Assembly: GCA_000965745.1 (NCBI GenBank)
Contig: CP009479.1
Coordinates: 608,001 to 672,000 of the forward strand
DNA: 64,000 nucleotides
Reading direction: 5' to 3'
Source of the DNA: an uncultured archaeon
GTDB lineage: Archaea; Thermoplasmatota; Thermoplasmata; Thermoplasmatales; Thermoplasmataceae
Below the pieces are notes generated by a model. It was given only the letters and a program-made list of their open reading frames with translations, was not told where the DNA came from and did no database searches. Of the stretch, positions 38,036 through 49,198 are shown one piece after another. The position numbers and the translations under genes are program-made. Numbering within the stretch: the stretch's first letter is position 1; every line of letters starts with the position of its first letter.

Positions 38036-39379
38036 ATGGGAAGTCAAGACGCAATCTCTAACGAGAAATTTACGTCGACTAACGGAGCCCAGGTATACGT
38101 GTCGTTTTTCTCTTACACGTTTGATATACTGAGCTTCATTAGTATAATCTTCGTCATCCCGTACATCCACAACCTGATCTATCCTTCGCCCAATCTGGGG
38201 GTATCATTGCTGGTGACATGGGGTGGCGTAGCAGCAGGGTCTTTGACTAGACCGCTAGGTGCGGCAATATTCGGACCCTCAGGAGACAACAGAGGAAGAA
38301 AGAGAATGCTGTATATCACGATCACAGGATCAGCGATATTCACCGCAGCTCTCGCTGGACTACCGACATACGCACAGGTTGGTATATTATCGCCTGTCAT
38401 ATTTGTCGCGCTGAGGCTTATAGCCGGATTCTTCATTGGCGGTCTGATAGCTGGAGGACTTGTGTTCTCGGCTGAGAACCTGCCAGAGCGTTTCAGGGGT
38501 CTAATGACCGGTTTCGCTGAGTCCGGTGGAAGCTGGGCACATGTTATCGGATCAGCATGGCTGCTGATGACCACAATTGCATTCACCGGCGCGGCATACG
38601 CTGCATTCGGATGGAGAGTAATGTTCCTTGTAGCCTTACTGCCCTTAGTAGTGGTTATTCCTGTTCTATACAAGATACCGGAATCAGAGATATTTGCCAT
38701 ATCCAAGAAGAAGGGTAAAGTAAAGGGCAAAGCACTGAGAAGACTCTTCACAACACCAAAGGTAAGGGGAGTATTTGCTCTCTCACTGATATCATCCATC
38801 GGTCTTCTCGGATTTGACAACCTTACTGAGAACACTTTCCCAACTTTCCTGAAACAGGTTAATAACCTGGTGCCGAGCCACCTTGCATTCATTGTGCTCG
38901 TAGGGGCGGCATTCGGTGTTATAGGATCTGTTCTTGGAGGTGCCCTCTCGCAGAAGATAGGCAGGAAGCCGCTTGCAATCGGTGGTGGAGTTGTCTTGAT
39001 GATTATCAGTGTCCTCTTCGTTTACCTTGGAAATATACCGGGAACATTGGTGGACAGGATAATTCTGACACTTATACCGTTCTACTTCTTTGCCTCAATA
39101 AGCAAAGCAGACCTGAGCCTGTATCTTAACGAGGCCTTCCCCACGGATCTTAGGGCCAGTGGACTTGGTCTAAACTGGAATATAGGATACGGTCTGGCAG
39201 GCATATGGCCTTTGATTATCAGTGGTTTCATAGCAGTCTACGGCATAACTGTATTCCCGCTTGCCCAGGCTGTTGCAGTAGGAATCCTTGCTGCTTTCTA
39301 CACAGTCTCTTCAATATTCATGAAAGAGACCAAGGGAAACATCAGCTCGGAAAGATCGCAACTGGAAGCAGAGGCCTGA
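38036..39379 (+). CDS. MFS transporter (metabolite:H+ symporter-like)
   Basis: RPLGAAIFG..GDNRGRK, about 12 TM. Confidence 0.9.
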   Translation: MGSQDAISNEKFTSTNGAQVYVSFFSYTFDILSFISIIFVIPYIHNLIYPSPNLGVSLLVTWGGVAAGSLTRPLGAAIFGPSGDNRGRKRMLYITITGSAIFTAALAGLPTYAQVGILSPVIFVALRLIAGFFIGGLIAGGLVFSAENLPERFRGLMTGFAESGGSWAHVIGSAWLLMTTIAFTGAAYAAFGWRVMFLVALLPLVVVIPVLYKIPESEIFAISKKKGKVKGKALRRLFTTPKVRGVFALSLISSIGLLGFDNLTENTFPTFLKQVNNLVPSHLAFIVLVGAAFGVIGSVLGGALSQKIGRKPLAIGGGVVLMIISVLFVYLGNIPGTLVDRIILTLIPFYFFASISKADLSLYLNEAFPTDLRASGLGLNWNIGYGLAGIWPLIISGFIAVYGITVFPLAQAVAVGILAAFYTVSSIFMKETKGNISSERSQLEAEA

Positions 39380-39474
39380 TTCAGGCCGCAAAAATCTTTT
39401 TAACAAAAACCAACTTTTTATTTCTTTTGGAATTTATCAGGGAAGCTCAGACATTGTTGTGCAATAAAGAAAGG

Positions 39475-39969
39475 TTATTGGGTAAGGCCAACTGTGCTCT
39501 TGAACCCTCTTTTGTGGTAAACAAGCGCATGCTCATCGTTCAGCACCGTTGCTTTCTCCACTTCTCCGACAAAGAGGAAATGATCAGCGATCTCCTCCTC
39601 CTTGTAAAGAGAGCATTCTATAGAGCCAAGTGCATCGTCAAGAACTGGGACGCCATTGCCGTTCAGGTGATATTTGATGCCTGAAAACTTGTCATCGCTC
39701 TTGTCGTTTGCAAAAATTTTGGCCTCATCTTCCTGCCCTTCCCTCAGAATATTTACCACAAACTTCTTTGTCTGCCTGACGGCCTTCGCTGTCCTGCTCT
39801 CAGTCGTTATAAAAAGGCCTATAAGGGGTGGATTAAGAGAGACAGATGTGAATGAATTCATTGTCCCTCCACAGTATTCTCCATCCAACAGGGATGTTAC
39901 TACTGTCACTCCCGTGGGGTATCTTCTAAGAACCTCTTTAAGATCTTCTCCCGGTTTGTTGTCAGTCAT
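39475..39969 (-). CDS. Flavin reductase (HpaC-like)
   Basis: YPTGVTVVT, NSFTSVSLNPP, DHFLFVGEV. Confidence 0.9.
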   Translation of the reverse strand: MTDNKPGEDLKEVLRRYPTGVTVVTSLLDGEYCGGTMNSFTSVSLNPPLIGLFITTESRTAKAVRQTKKFVVNILREGQEDEAKIFANDKSDDKFSGIKYHLNGNGVPVLDDALGSIECSLYKEEEIADHFLFVGEVEKATVLNDEHALVYHKRGFKSTVGLTQ

Positions 39970-40144
39970 TTCGATTTCTCCTTTTCAATGGAAGTCAGCC
40001 TGAGTAACTTTCCCACTTATTTAATATGAATGGTACTAACTGTCATGGCTACCCAGGCGAACACAATCGTTGCATTGAGGCTTCATTTTAAAGTGTTTTG
40101 TGAATCTGAAACCAACAAGCAGTCAATGAGGGTTACTGGGGGAC

Positions 40145-40861
40145 TCAGTAAACTGTGCCCTTTTTCTCCAGCCTGGTCACGAAGTATCCCCAGTCTATGC
40201 CGCTGACTTCTTCTCTTATGTCCTTGGTGTCAGTTCTTCTTACCCTGTCATGGTCATATTCAACGATAGAGCCAAGAGCCGAAGCCATATACTGCTTCTT
40301 TGCAGCCCTCTCGAGAGAGGCTGCGGTTATCACAACATCTTCTATGCTTTCACCAACAACGAAAGCTCCATGCCCCCGGTGAAGGACAGCTTTGCTTTTC
40401 CCGAGTGCTTGGGCCATCCTGTACCCCATTTCTTTAGTGTTCACGAACAGCGGGAGCCCATCAAATACAGGCAAGCCGTCTATGAACAGGAATGAATCCC
40501 TAGTTGACATCTGGAGTTTGCTGTCTGTTATTTCAAGAAGGTTTGCATAGAAGGAATGCATATGCAATGCTGCCTTCACATCCCTCCTCACTTGAAAAAC
40601 CTCACTGTAGAAATAGAACTCATGCATTGATTCCGGGTAACTCCCCTCGAGGACATTTCCATCATAATCTATTGTAACTATATCTGAGGCAGTGCAGTCT
40701 GCTATTGACCTCTGAAAATCATGGAGGTGGCCAGGAATCAGTATCTTTCCTTCTTCAAGCTTGTAAGCTACATGACCTCTTCCAAGCTCTGTCAGGTTCT
40801 CGTTGACAATTATTCTGTTGGCCATAGCCAGCTTCTGTCTCAATCCTTCTTCAACAGGCAT
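40145..40861 (-). CDS. Class II aldolase/adducin family (possible aromatic dicarboxylate decarboxylase)
   Basis: GHVAY, HMHS, HRGHGAFVVG. Confidence 0.85.
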   Translation of the reverse strand: MPVEEGLRQKLAMANRIIVNENLTELGRGHVAYKLEEGKILIPGHLHDFQRSIADCTASDIVTIDYDGNVLEGSYPESMHEFYFYSEVFQVRRDVKAALHMHSFYANLLEITDSKLQMSTRDSFLFIDGLPVFDGLPLFVNTKEMGYRMAQALGKSKAVLHRGHGAFVVGESIEDVVITAASLERAAKKQYMASALGSIVEYDHDRVRRTDTKDIREEVSGIDWGYFVTRLEKKGTVY

Positions 40862-40976
40862 AGATTCAAAGTAAGAATCTCTCTATTAAATACTTGTCCA
40901 ACGAAATCCCCGTTTATGTACAAATGCAGCTAAACGTTCTCTGTAAAAAATGGAAAAAAAAAATCGTTCAAACGCT

Positions 40977-41750
40977 TCAGAGCGCTTTCTTTATCTCTGG
41001 AAGAAGAATCTTTACCAGCTCTTCAGGGTCCTCGATCATTGGATAGTGTCCGAAACCTGGAAGGGCCATATATCTTGCATTCCTGATCTGGTTGGCAGTC
41101 TCTGAAGCCATCCTTTCCGTGACTACCGGGTCTTCTTCGCCTCTTATGAGAAGAACATCCGTGTCGATTTTCCCGAGTTCTGCAGTAATGTCAAAATTGT
41201 TCCAGGCAAGCAGATCAGTCACGTAAATATCCCTGTTGTTGGAGCTTCTTATCCAGAGGAGTTCCTCAATTGCCTGTTTGCTTGATCTTGTCCCGCAGAA
41301 GTCGAAAGCTCTCTCCACATCGCCAGGGACAGTCTTCAGTATGGTTTCCTCTTCAAACGTATGTGTTTTTCCGGCCCCTTCAATAACAGCGGCAAGCTTC
41401 ACCTTCTTTCCAAGCAGTCTTGCGAGCTGCAGCGAGATCACAGCCCCCACTGAGCAGCCAACAACTATGACCTGCTTGTAACCCTGGCTCTCTATGAATT
41501 TTGCAACAGTGTTTGTGTAGTAAGAAACATTTACACGTGTCTTTCTCCATCCTGCCCATGGCCAGGATTTGCCGTGTCCAGGGAGATCGACAATGATTGA
41601 TGTAAATTTCTCTGGCAGAAGATCTACGAAATGTTTCCAGATCCTCCCGTCTGTCCCGGCAGTATGTATAAAAATAACAGGCGTTCCTTTACCGGATGTT
41701 TCATAATAAAACCTCAGGCCGTTAATGTCGGCATAGTGCCCCTCGCTCAT
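40977..41750 (-). CDS. Alpha/beta hydrolase
   Basis: HTAGTDG, DLPGHGKS, GCSVG, GHYPMIE. Confidence 0.9.
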   Translation of the reverse strand: MSEGHYADINGLRFYYETSGKGTPVIFIHTAGTDGRIWKHFVDLLPEKFTSIIVDLPGHGKSWPWAGWRKTRVNVSYYTNTVAKFIESQGYKQVIVVGCSVGAVISLQLARLLGKKVKLAAVIEGAGKTHTFEEETILKTVPGDVERAFDFCGTRSSKQAIEELLWIRSSNNRDIYVTDLLAWNNFDITAELGKIDTDVLLIRGEEDPVVTERMASETANQIRNARYMALPGFGHYPMIEDPEELVKILLPEIKKAL

Positions 41751-41854
41751 TGGTTTCGATCTTGCCAAGATATATAGAAGTTATCCAAGAAATGCTCCAT
41801 AATAGGCTATATTAACGTGTTTCTAATCAAATATTTTATATACACCGTGTTTTT

Positions 41855-43159
41855 ATGCCAACGCTTATGGAATCCAATATCAGCTACACTAGAAACGAGA
41901 GATATGGGGCACTTGGTGGCATTCTTTTTGGTCACTTCAGTGACGGTTATGATCTGGTTCTGATCAGTTATCTGTTCTTCCCCATGGCTCACGAATTCCA
42001 TACAGGTATTCCCCAGATTGCGCTTGCTTTGACAATAAGCCTCGTGTTTTCTGCGCTCGGGGGAGTTGTGTTTGGTTGGTTTGCCGACAGGTTTGGAAGG
42101 AAAAAGGGACTTATACTTTCTCTCGCAATATTTGGTCTGTCAACTCTTTTGACAGCAGGCATAAATTCCCTTTGGCAGTTGTATCTGCTCCGTGCAATAG
42201 AGGGAATAGGAATTGGCGGTGAATGGGGAATAGGATTCGCCCAGATTACGGAAGTATGGTCGCCTAAGACAAGGGCAACAGGAGGGGGTATCCTTCAAGC
42301 TGTCTTCATTATAGGATCTATAACAGGAGCATTTACTGCTGGATACACCCTTCAGGCTTACGGCTTTTCTCTTGGATGGAGATATGCATTCGTAATAGCT
42401 GGAGTAGTGGCTCTGATAGGTATAGCTGTTGTACAGCTTATAATGCCTGAGTCAAAATTCTGGAAGGATTACGACAGCAAGAGAAGGAAGGGAGAACTTC
42501 CGAAGGACTATGACATCAGGTCCCCGCTCATTCAGATTTTTTCAAAGAAGGTCAGAAGATGGACACTCTTCTCACTCCTGATAGGTGGCGCCAACCTGTT
42601 CATATACTTCTCATATGCGAGCTTCATGCCAACTCTTCTTGGAACTCTCAGCGTACCAATCGCCGATTACACTCTTATACTGGTCTTGGGTCAGGCGATA
42701 GCAGTTCCATTCTACTGGTTGAATGGATACTTTGCTGACAGATTCGGGAGGAAATCCTCAGCCATTGGTTACGGAATAATCTACATAATTGCGGTAGTAT
42801 CATTCATGGGGGCAAATATATTGAAGACCCCATACCTCATGCTAGTGGCTTTCCCGTTGTTCTATACATACACTTTTGTCTCAATAGGGCAGGGAGTATC
42901 GGGAGAGTACGGTGTCTGGTACAGCGAACATTTCCCAACAAAGATGAGATCAACCGCAACCAATTTCGGTTATATGGTTGGAAGGGGTTTTGCTGGGGGT
43001 CTTGCACCAATAGTCATTCCCCTGATAGCCGCGAGCCTGGGAGGGTTGAGCCATCTTGGAATAGCGATGTCAATTGCAATGCTTGTAGGGGTAATTGTCC
43101 AGTTTATTGGCTTCTTCGGCCTCAAGGAAACAAAGGGAACAGAGGTTACAACCCTCTAA
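41855..43159 (+). CDS. MFS transporter (aromatic acid/sialate-like)
   Basis: ADRFGRK, GIGGEW, FPTKMR. Confidence 0.9.
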   Translation: MPTLMESNISYTRNERYGALGGILFGHFSDGYDLVLISYLFFPMAHEFHTGIPQIALALTISLVFSALGGVVFGWFADRFGRKKGLILSLAIFGLSTLLTAGINSLWQLYLLRAIEGIGIGGEWGIGFAQITEVWSPKTRATGGGILQAVFIIGSITGAFTAGYTLQAYGFSLGWRYAFVIAGVVALIGIAVVQLIMPESKFWKDYDSKRRKGELPKDYDIRSPLIQIFSKKVRRWTLFSLLIGGANLFIYFSYASFMPTLLGTLSVPIADYTLILVLGQAIAVPFYWLNGYFADRFGRKSSAIGYGIIYIIAVVSFMGANILKTPYLMLVAFPLFYTYTFVSIGQGVSGEYGVWYSEHFPTKMRSTATNFGYMVGRGFAGGLAPIVIPLIAASLGGLSHLGIAMSIAMLVGVIVQFIGFFGLKETKGTEVTTL

Positions 43160-43745
43160 TTTTTTTATTTCAGCACGAAATTTCCAAAACCCATTCTTAT
43201 TTTTGTTTGTGAATTTATGCCTCCTTAATTTTCAACCATAATTATAGAAGTATGATATATATAAAAAAAGAAAGGCATTTGTAAAAAAGTTGCCAAGGAA
43301 AAATACATAATCTTTACGTTGTCTTATAACAATGAACTGGCCAATCTTTTGGCTCAGCTATGGCGTCATGATGGTCCTTGGAATATATATTGCCTAGGAT
43401 TATTCATATTATCGAAAAGCTGAAGGGGTGGATTTCTCCCCCTTTGGTTGGGGTCAGTGGGATATAGGGTGGAGATATACAAAAGAACATTGGAAAGTTA
43501 GCCTGGTTCTTGTATTCTTTTGGGCTATTTGTATGTATGAACTAATTTCCTTATTCAGTTGAAATTGACGCGATACCAGGAGCGTGTCGGAAGACTCCTT
43601 TAAGCGCATAAAACGGGCAGGGTCGAACTTCGATAATCGTCATTTCCACTCAACACATTATAAAGGGCCTTCTGAACCTACTTTTCTATTTTAAAGCGGG
43701 ATTCACAGCACAAGCTATAAGTAGGAACTATTCTTAGCACCGCAA

Positions 43746-44390
43746 ATGGCGAGCATGGACTTCAAAAAGAAGGAGCTTCACACAGCACTGGACCCATCCA
43801 GAACTGCACTTCTCATAGTAGACATGCAGAATGATTTTGTAAAGGATGAGGGTTACCTCGGGCAGAGGAAACATGGGATTGATGTTGTTCAGGAGACAAT
43901 CCCTGTCATAAAGAGGCTGCTGGAACATTTCAGGAACAACGGCCTTATGGTGGTTTATACAGAGACCGTTCACATGAGGTACACAAATTCCCTGAACTGG
44001 GTCAGCAGGTCTGCTGAAAAATCACTTGACCCAATGATATGCAAGAGTGGAACCTGGGGTGCTGAAACCATACCGGAGCTCAAGCCCCTTGAGAACGAGC
44101 CTGTCATACAGAAACACAGGTACGATGCATTCATGGACACTGATCTCCACGTTGTTCTCAGGTCAAACAACATCTCAAACCTGGTAATTGTCGGTACGCA
44201 GACAAACCTGTGCGTTGAGAGCACTGCGAGGCACGCATACATGATGGACTACATGACTATCATGGTGAGTGACGGGGTCTCAACACCGGAAACAGAATAT
44301 CAGGCACCGTTGCTGAAGAATTTTTCGGAAAATTTCGGTTATGTTATGTCTGCTGAAGAAGTGCTTCAGGAACTGAAAAAGCAAAATTAA
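43746..44390 (+). CDS. Isochorismatase-family cysteine hydrolase (RutB-like)
   Basis: VDMQNDF, KHRYDAF, GTQTNLCVESTAR. Confidence 0.9.
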   Translation: MASMDFKKKELHTALDPSRTALLIVDMQNDFVKDEGYLGQRKHGIDVVQETIPVIKRLLEHFRNNGLMVVYTETVHMRYTNSLNWVSRSAEKSLDPMICKSGTWGAETIPELKPLENEPVIQKHRYDAFMDTDLHVVLRSNNISNLVIVGTQTNLCVESTARHAYMMDYMTIMVSDGVSTPETEYQAPLLKNFSENFGYVMSAEEVLQELKKQN

Positions 44391-44409
44391 GTGAAAAATT
44401 GGAGAATGA

Positions 44410-46017
44410 TCAGATTTCTCCGAGTATGTCTTTTTTAACCCTCTTCTTGGCGAGTTCCTCACCAATCTTGAAATGTTCCCCATTCAGGACCATTCTTGCG
44501 TATCTGTCATACTCATCTGACCACTTTTCAAGATTGTATCCATGCCAGGGCTGCTTCAGGCTCAATTCTGGAAGATCAAGGCTCTCCCATATCTCTTTGG
44601 CTTTGAGCATGTACTCCTTCTTAGGCAGAGAAGTCGGGGGGTAATCGGTCTTCCTCGTCGCGTCTATCAGAATTGCTGACGCTTCCCTGTATCCGCTGTT
44701 AGCATCGCTCTGTCCCTTTACAAACACAGACGGGTCCAGGTGGGCAGTCTTACCCTTAATCAGCTGCATGTCCCTGTGGGGCTGCATTCTGAAACTAAGA
44801 GCCCAGTTGACTGAGTCAGGATCGAAAGGATCAATATCGTCATCCACTGCTATGAACACCTTCCCGATGTCTGCTGCATATCCCGATGCACACACCAGTG
44901 CACGCATTGCGTCAGTGGGCGCATCCTTCTTTATCTGAACCACACAGTACTGCCAGCTTCCGCTGGATTCGTGGAATGCCACCTTTGTAACATTTGGCAG
45001 ACCGCAGTCATTCCTGAGGAACTTAGTGAAGGCGCTTCCATATGCCACCTGCCTCAGCTTGCTGCTCTCACTGGGCGGGAACTGGCTGATAATCGTCTGA
45101 AATATGGGCTTATCCTTCCTGTGGGTAACTGCTGTTATCTCCATTACAGGGCACCACTGGCTCTCAACATCAGCAGCTACGTAACCGGTATATTCACCAA
45201 ATGGAGTCTGGGGCTCGAAGTCCTCAACAGAAACCTTCCCCTCAATGATATATTCAGCGTTTGCGGGCACATATAGGTCAACGGTCTTGCATTTGACAAC
45301 ATCAATCGGCTCTCCTGCGAGACCACCTGAAACAGCGAACTCATCAAGCCCGTACGGGACCTTGGAAGCTGCCGTGTACTGCACATATGGGGGACCGCCT
45401 ATCACTATTGCCGCATCCAGGGTCTTGGAACCATTAGAGGCAGCTTTCCTTAGATGCATGAAACCATGGCTTCCCCTGTGGACTTCCCAGAGTATCTTCC
45501 TCGGGCCGAAAATCTGCCCGGAGTATGTTCCTGCATTCTGAATCCCCGTCTCAACGTCCTTCGTCACGAACGCCGTAGTTGTCCTGACCTGGCAGCTGTA
45601 TCCCGGTATCTCCACAGGAAGCGGTATATCGCTCAGGCCCTTGGCATCAAGGTCCTTTCCGGTAACTACAACTTCCTGGACTTTTGCATCTGTGACAACT
45701 CTTGGCTCAATCGGGCTCTCAATAGCTTCTGTAAACCTGTCGGAGACCTTGTCCGGCTCGCATTCCATACCAGCTGCATACACATCAATAGAGCTGGAAA
45801 GGACGCCGGTGGTCACGGCACCATCATAGTGCCTTCCCTTGGAATCATATACGTTTGTGAAGAGAAACCCTTTCCTCTGCTTTTCAGGCAGGCCTTTGAA
45901 CTGAAGCCTTACCAGGGGCATGAGTTCAGTTTCAAGTTGAATCTCCTTGTCAATTTCAGTAAGGAGGTTTCTTTTCTTGAGTTCTGAGAGATATTCTCTC
46001 AAATCGTGATATACCAT
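44410..46017 (-). CDS. UbiD family protein, long clade, non-canonical active site
   Basis: YHDLREYL, VPANAEYIIEG, VDDDIDP. Motifs read NAGTYS and EPQTPFGE. Confidence 0.9.
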   Translation of the reverse strand: MVYHDLREYLSELKKRNLLTEIDKEIQLETELMPLVRLQFKGLPEKQRKGFLFTNVYDSKGRHYDGAVTTGVLSSSIDVYAAGMECEPDKVSDRFTEAIESPIEPRVVTDAKVQEVVVTGKDLDAKGLSDIPLPVEIPGYSCQVRTTTAFVTKDVETGIQNAGTYSGQIFGPRKILWEVHRGSHGFMHLRKAASNGSKTLDAAIVIGGPPYVQYTAASKVPYGLDEFAVSGGLAGEPIDVVKCKTVDLYVPANAEYIIEGKVSVEDFEPQTPFGEYTGYVAADVESQWCPVMEITAVTHRKDKPIFQTIISQFPPSESSKLRQVAYGSAFTKFLRNDCGLPNVTKVAFHESSGSWQYCVVQIKKDAPTDAMRALVCASGYAADIGKVFIAVDDDIDPFDPDSVNWALSFRMQPHRDMQLIKGKTAHLDPSVFVKGQSDANSGYREASAILIDATRKTDYPPTSLPKKEYMLKAKEIWESLDLPELSLKQPWHGYNLEKWSDEYDRYARMVLNGEHFKIGEELAKKRVKKDILGEI

Positions 46018-46189
46018 GGCCCGGGAACACAGGTTCGCTAAAAAAAATTTCTAATAGTGGAAGAAGCATTTTCCGCTTTACGTAAATTTCCTGGCATATG
46101 GGGGTCCCATGATTTAACAAACGAAGATTTTCTCTATCCAATTTCAAGCGATTCGAGATTAATCCCTTTAAGACCCTCATTATTAATTC

Positions 46190-46500
46190 TATAATTCCAA
46201 TCCCAATTCCAGCTAATCCGCATGTGTGTATCATGAATGGACCCATCGCTGCAATTTCCTACATGCAATCTAGGAATGCGATCTGACTGTTTATCCCATG
46301 GAGGTCCAACTGTCCGTCTCTCCTTGATAGTGCCTGGAAGCTTGGTATTTCCTTAAAGCCGATAGGGGGAAGTTATTCCTCAAGTCCGGTTAGGAATATC
46401 CCTGTAAACCTGTATGAGATGCCGAATAACTGGAGCAGTAAAAGAATCTTCAGTATCTGGCGATCAGACTACTTCCTCTTCCTCACATCATGGCAAACTG
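46190..46500 (-). pseudogene. Decayed transposase remnant (DDE/IS5-like)
   Basis: Fragments DRQILKI...LQLFGISYR and KEIPSFQALSRR.GQLDLHGIN...FMIHTC broken by stops and frameshifts. Family resemblance from memory; ends approximate. Confidence 0.4.
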
Positions 46501-46650
46501 TATTGTCGATAATTCACACATTCAATTATGTAAATAATGATCGACATTTACCTGGCTCTTCATGAAACCTGAGACCCCATATTGGTACAAATTAAACATC
46601 AGCCAGCCTCCTACGCATTATTTTATAAGTCGAAAATTCATTATAGCCGT

Positions 46651-47334
46651 GTGCACCAGCAGTGGGACGACATTGTAAGCGAAAAAGAGAGAGAGATTAT
46701 ACGGAAAGGCGGCTACGGAAACAGAAAAGACCTGGGCCGTAAGCCTGCACTGATAGTCATAGACGCCCAGTATAACTTTTTTGGAGACAGGAGCCCGACA
46801 CTTGAACAGATGGAAAAGTACCCCACAGGCGTGGGTTCAAAAGCATGGGAATCTCTGGATAAGTCGGTATCTCTGATAAAGGCAGCCAGAATAGCAAAGA
46901 TACCTGTAATATACACCAGATATGTGGCACAGAAATCAGGCAGGTCTCATGAGAGCAAGATGAAGAGAGACCATGCTAAATTTCAACCTGAATCGAAAGG
47001 CTCACAGATCGTGAAGGAAATGGCTCCCATGGGAGACGAAGTGGTCATCGACAAGCAATATGCAAGCGCCTTTTTTGGGACATCACTTATAAATCATCTG
47101 GTAAGCGGAGGGGCAGATACGCTGCTGTTCATTGGTGGAACTACCAGCGGATGTGTCCGTACAAGTGCCATTGACGCATCAAACTATGGCTTCAACTCAG
47201 TGATTGTGGAGGACTGCGTCTTCGACAGGCTTGAAGTTTCACACAAGGTTGCTCTTCTTGATGTGTGGATGAAATACGGAACACTTGTAACACATGAACA
47301 GGCCCTGGATTACTTCAATACGTTTCTCAGGTGA
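46651..47334 (+). CDS. Isochorismatase-family amidase (maleamate/N-carbamoylsarcosine amidase-like)
   Basis: KPALIVIDAQ, KQYASAFFGT, GGTTSGCVRTSAIDA. Confidence 0.88.
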   Translation: MHQQWDDIVSEKEREIIRKGGYGNRKDLGRKPALIVIDAQYNFFGDRSPTLEQMEKYPTGVGSKAWESLDKSVSLIKAARIAKIPVIYTRYVAQKSGRSHESKMKRDHAKFQPESKGSQIVKEMAPMGDEVVIDKQYASAFFGTSLINHLVSGGADTLLFIGGTTSGCVRTSAIDASNYGFNSVIVEDCVFDRLEVSHKVALLDVWMKYGTLVTHEQALDYFNTFLR

Positions 47335-47579
47335 TAGTTTATTACCAGACATTCCCGTACATATTCAGGTGTGGGTTTGGGGAAGTTGGAGTTAATAGCA
47401 GAGCAGAAGCACTTTGGCTCCCCTTTCGTTGTAGCATACGACGAAGAGGGTGAGAGATTTCCGCATGTGGCAAGCATACTCGTCCCAAGGAAAAAATTCG
47501 AAGGCGTCGAAGTTCCCAAAAAAAATAAGGGTGGTAATTGAGTGGGAATAAAAAAACCAGTGTAAATATCATGTTTTGA

Positions 47580-49037
47580 TTAAGATTTCTTGAAAAGGTC
47601 AGGCCACTTGTCGTGCACTTTCCGGTCTGTGTCAGGATCTGCCTTCACAACGTCCGGGAATGTCTTCTTCATTATCTTCTCGAAGGGCTTTACGGCCATG
47701 ACTATTGCCCTCGATGCGGTATACTCAAGCAGGTCCTTTCCTTCTTCGTGCTTTGCAATAGGATCAAGTGGAGTTCCCATGGTGTTCCTGACGATGTCAA
47801 TTCCAGACGCAGGATCATTTCTGCTGCACATTGCCCATACAACCTCGTTCAGGTTGGATGGGTCTATGTCATCATCCACAACTACTGTGTATCGCCCTGC
47901 AACATTTCCAGGCCTGCTCTGGGATGCTATGTGCCCCGCCATTACCGCGTGCCCGCCAAACATCTGCTTAACAGAAACAGCTGTGAACGCTCTGGAATAC
48001 CCTTCTTCATGGCACCATACTCCTTTGACGCCAGCCACTCCGGAACCTTCGAGGGCATTCCAGATCAGGGAGGCCCTGATTGGGCATCTATAGTAGGAAT
48101 AATCATAGGGGGGCTTGCCTGCACATGTGCCCATAAGTATGGGCCTGTTTCTGTAGTAGACCGCTTCAATCTTGATCACTGGATTGGACATTTTTCCACC
48201 GGCATAGTACCCCATGAATTCGCCAAGCGGCCCTTCGTCGGTCCTCTCTCCCGTGATGTAACCTTCAACTGCAATCTCACTGTCAGCAGGGATCGGAAGG
48301 CCGGTCACAGGACCTTTGAAGGTATGAACAGGCTTTTCCCTGACAGCCCCAAGGAAGTTGTACTCTGACATACCCTCAGGAACTTCATTGCTGGAAAACA
48401 GGTTGAGGCCAGGATTGTGGCCAAATGAAAGTGCAATGGGTGCGGGTTTGCCGGAATCTAGGTTTTTCTCTACATGTGATCTTCCATGCCTTGAGGCCTC
48501 CATTAGAATGGCCAGCCTCTTTGAGTCCTTCACCATAACCCTGTAGGTTCCCACATTGACCCATCCTGACTCAGGGTCCCTTGTTATTACGGCATCGGCT
48601 GTGCCGATATACCTGCCGCCGTCATTATGGAACCACTTTGGCACAGGAAACTTGAAGAAGTCAATCCGGTCTCCCTTGTCGACATTTTCCATTGTGGGTG
48701 GGTTATCAACCATTACAGGAGCGTATTTCTCATATCCTTTCTCCACGTTTCTCAGTTTTTCCCTTATGGCAGTTGTAAGCTCCAGGTTGTTCAGGTTACT
48801 GTCAAGGTCCAGTGCAGTCGAAACCCTTCTGGAGTCCAGGAGAGCCCCGGTGAGAACCCTGAAGCCCTCAGGATACCCCGGTATCTTGTCAAACAGCAGG
48901 GTGTATTTGTTCCTCTTTGCGTTTGCATCGGTGATGGCACCAATTTCCAAATCCCAGCTGGCACCTTCCACTTTCCTGAGCAACCCCAATTTCTCTATTC
49001 TCTCAATAAATTCCCTTAGGTCATAACTTGAACTCAA
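47580..49037 (-). CDS. UbiD family (de)carboxylase, canonical motif
   Basis: DGGRYIGT, NVGTYR, EGPLGEFMGYY. Confidence 0.92.
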   Translation of the reverse strand: MSSSYDLREFIERIEKLGLLRKVEGASWDLEIGAITDANAKRNKYTLLFDKIPGYPEGFRVLTGALLDSRRVSTALDLDSNLNNLELTTAIREKLRNVEKGYEKYAPVMVDNPPTMENVDKGDRIDFFKFPVPKWFHNDGGRYIGTADAVITRDPESGWVNVGTYRVMVKDSKRLAILMEASRHGRSHVEKNLDSGKPAPIALSFGHNPGLNLFSSNEVPEGMSEYNFLGAVREKPVHTFKGPVTGLPIPADSEIAVEGYITGERTDEGPLGEFMGYYAGGKMSNPVIKIEAVYYRNRPILMGTCAGKPPYDYSYYRCPIRASLIWNALEGSGVAGVKGVWCHEEGYSRAFTAVSVKQMFGGHAVMAGHIASQSRPGNVAGRYTVVVDDDIDPSNLNEVVWAMCSRNDPASGIDIVRNTMGTPLDPIAKHEEGKDLLEYTASRAIVMAVKPFEKIMKKTFPDVVKADPDTDRKVHDKWPDLFKKS

Positions 49038-49198
49038 CTCGCCACACCTTCAGCGATTATGGTATTTCTTTTTAAAACGGTTTCGTCCTTTTGAGGTTCT
49101 CAATAACACCGGGAACGGCTCATATGCATAATCTCTTTAATGCTATACGTGGCACGCAGAAAACCAAAGGATTTATACATGCAATTTCATAAAGTGCT

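Noticed and set aside
43330-43550. Possible small membrane protein
   Set aside because: Stop after about 21 codons; no recognisable family.
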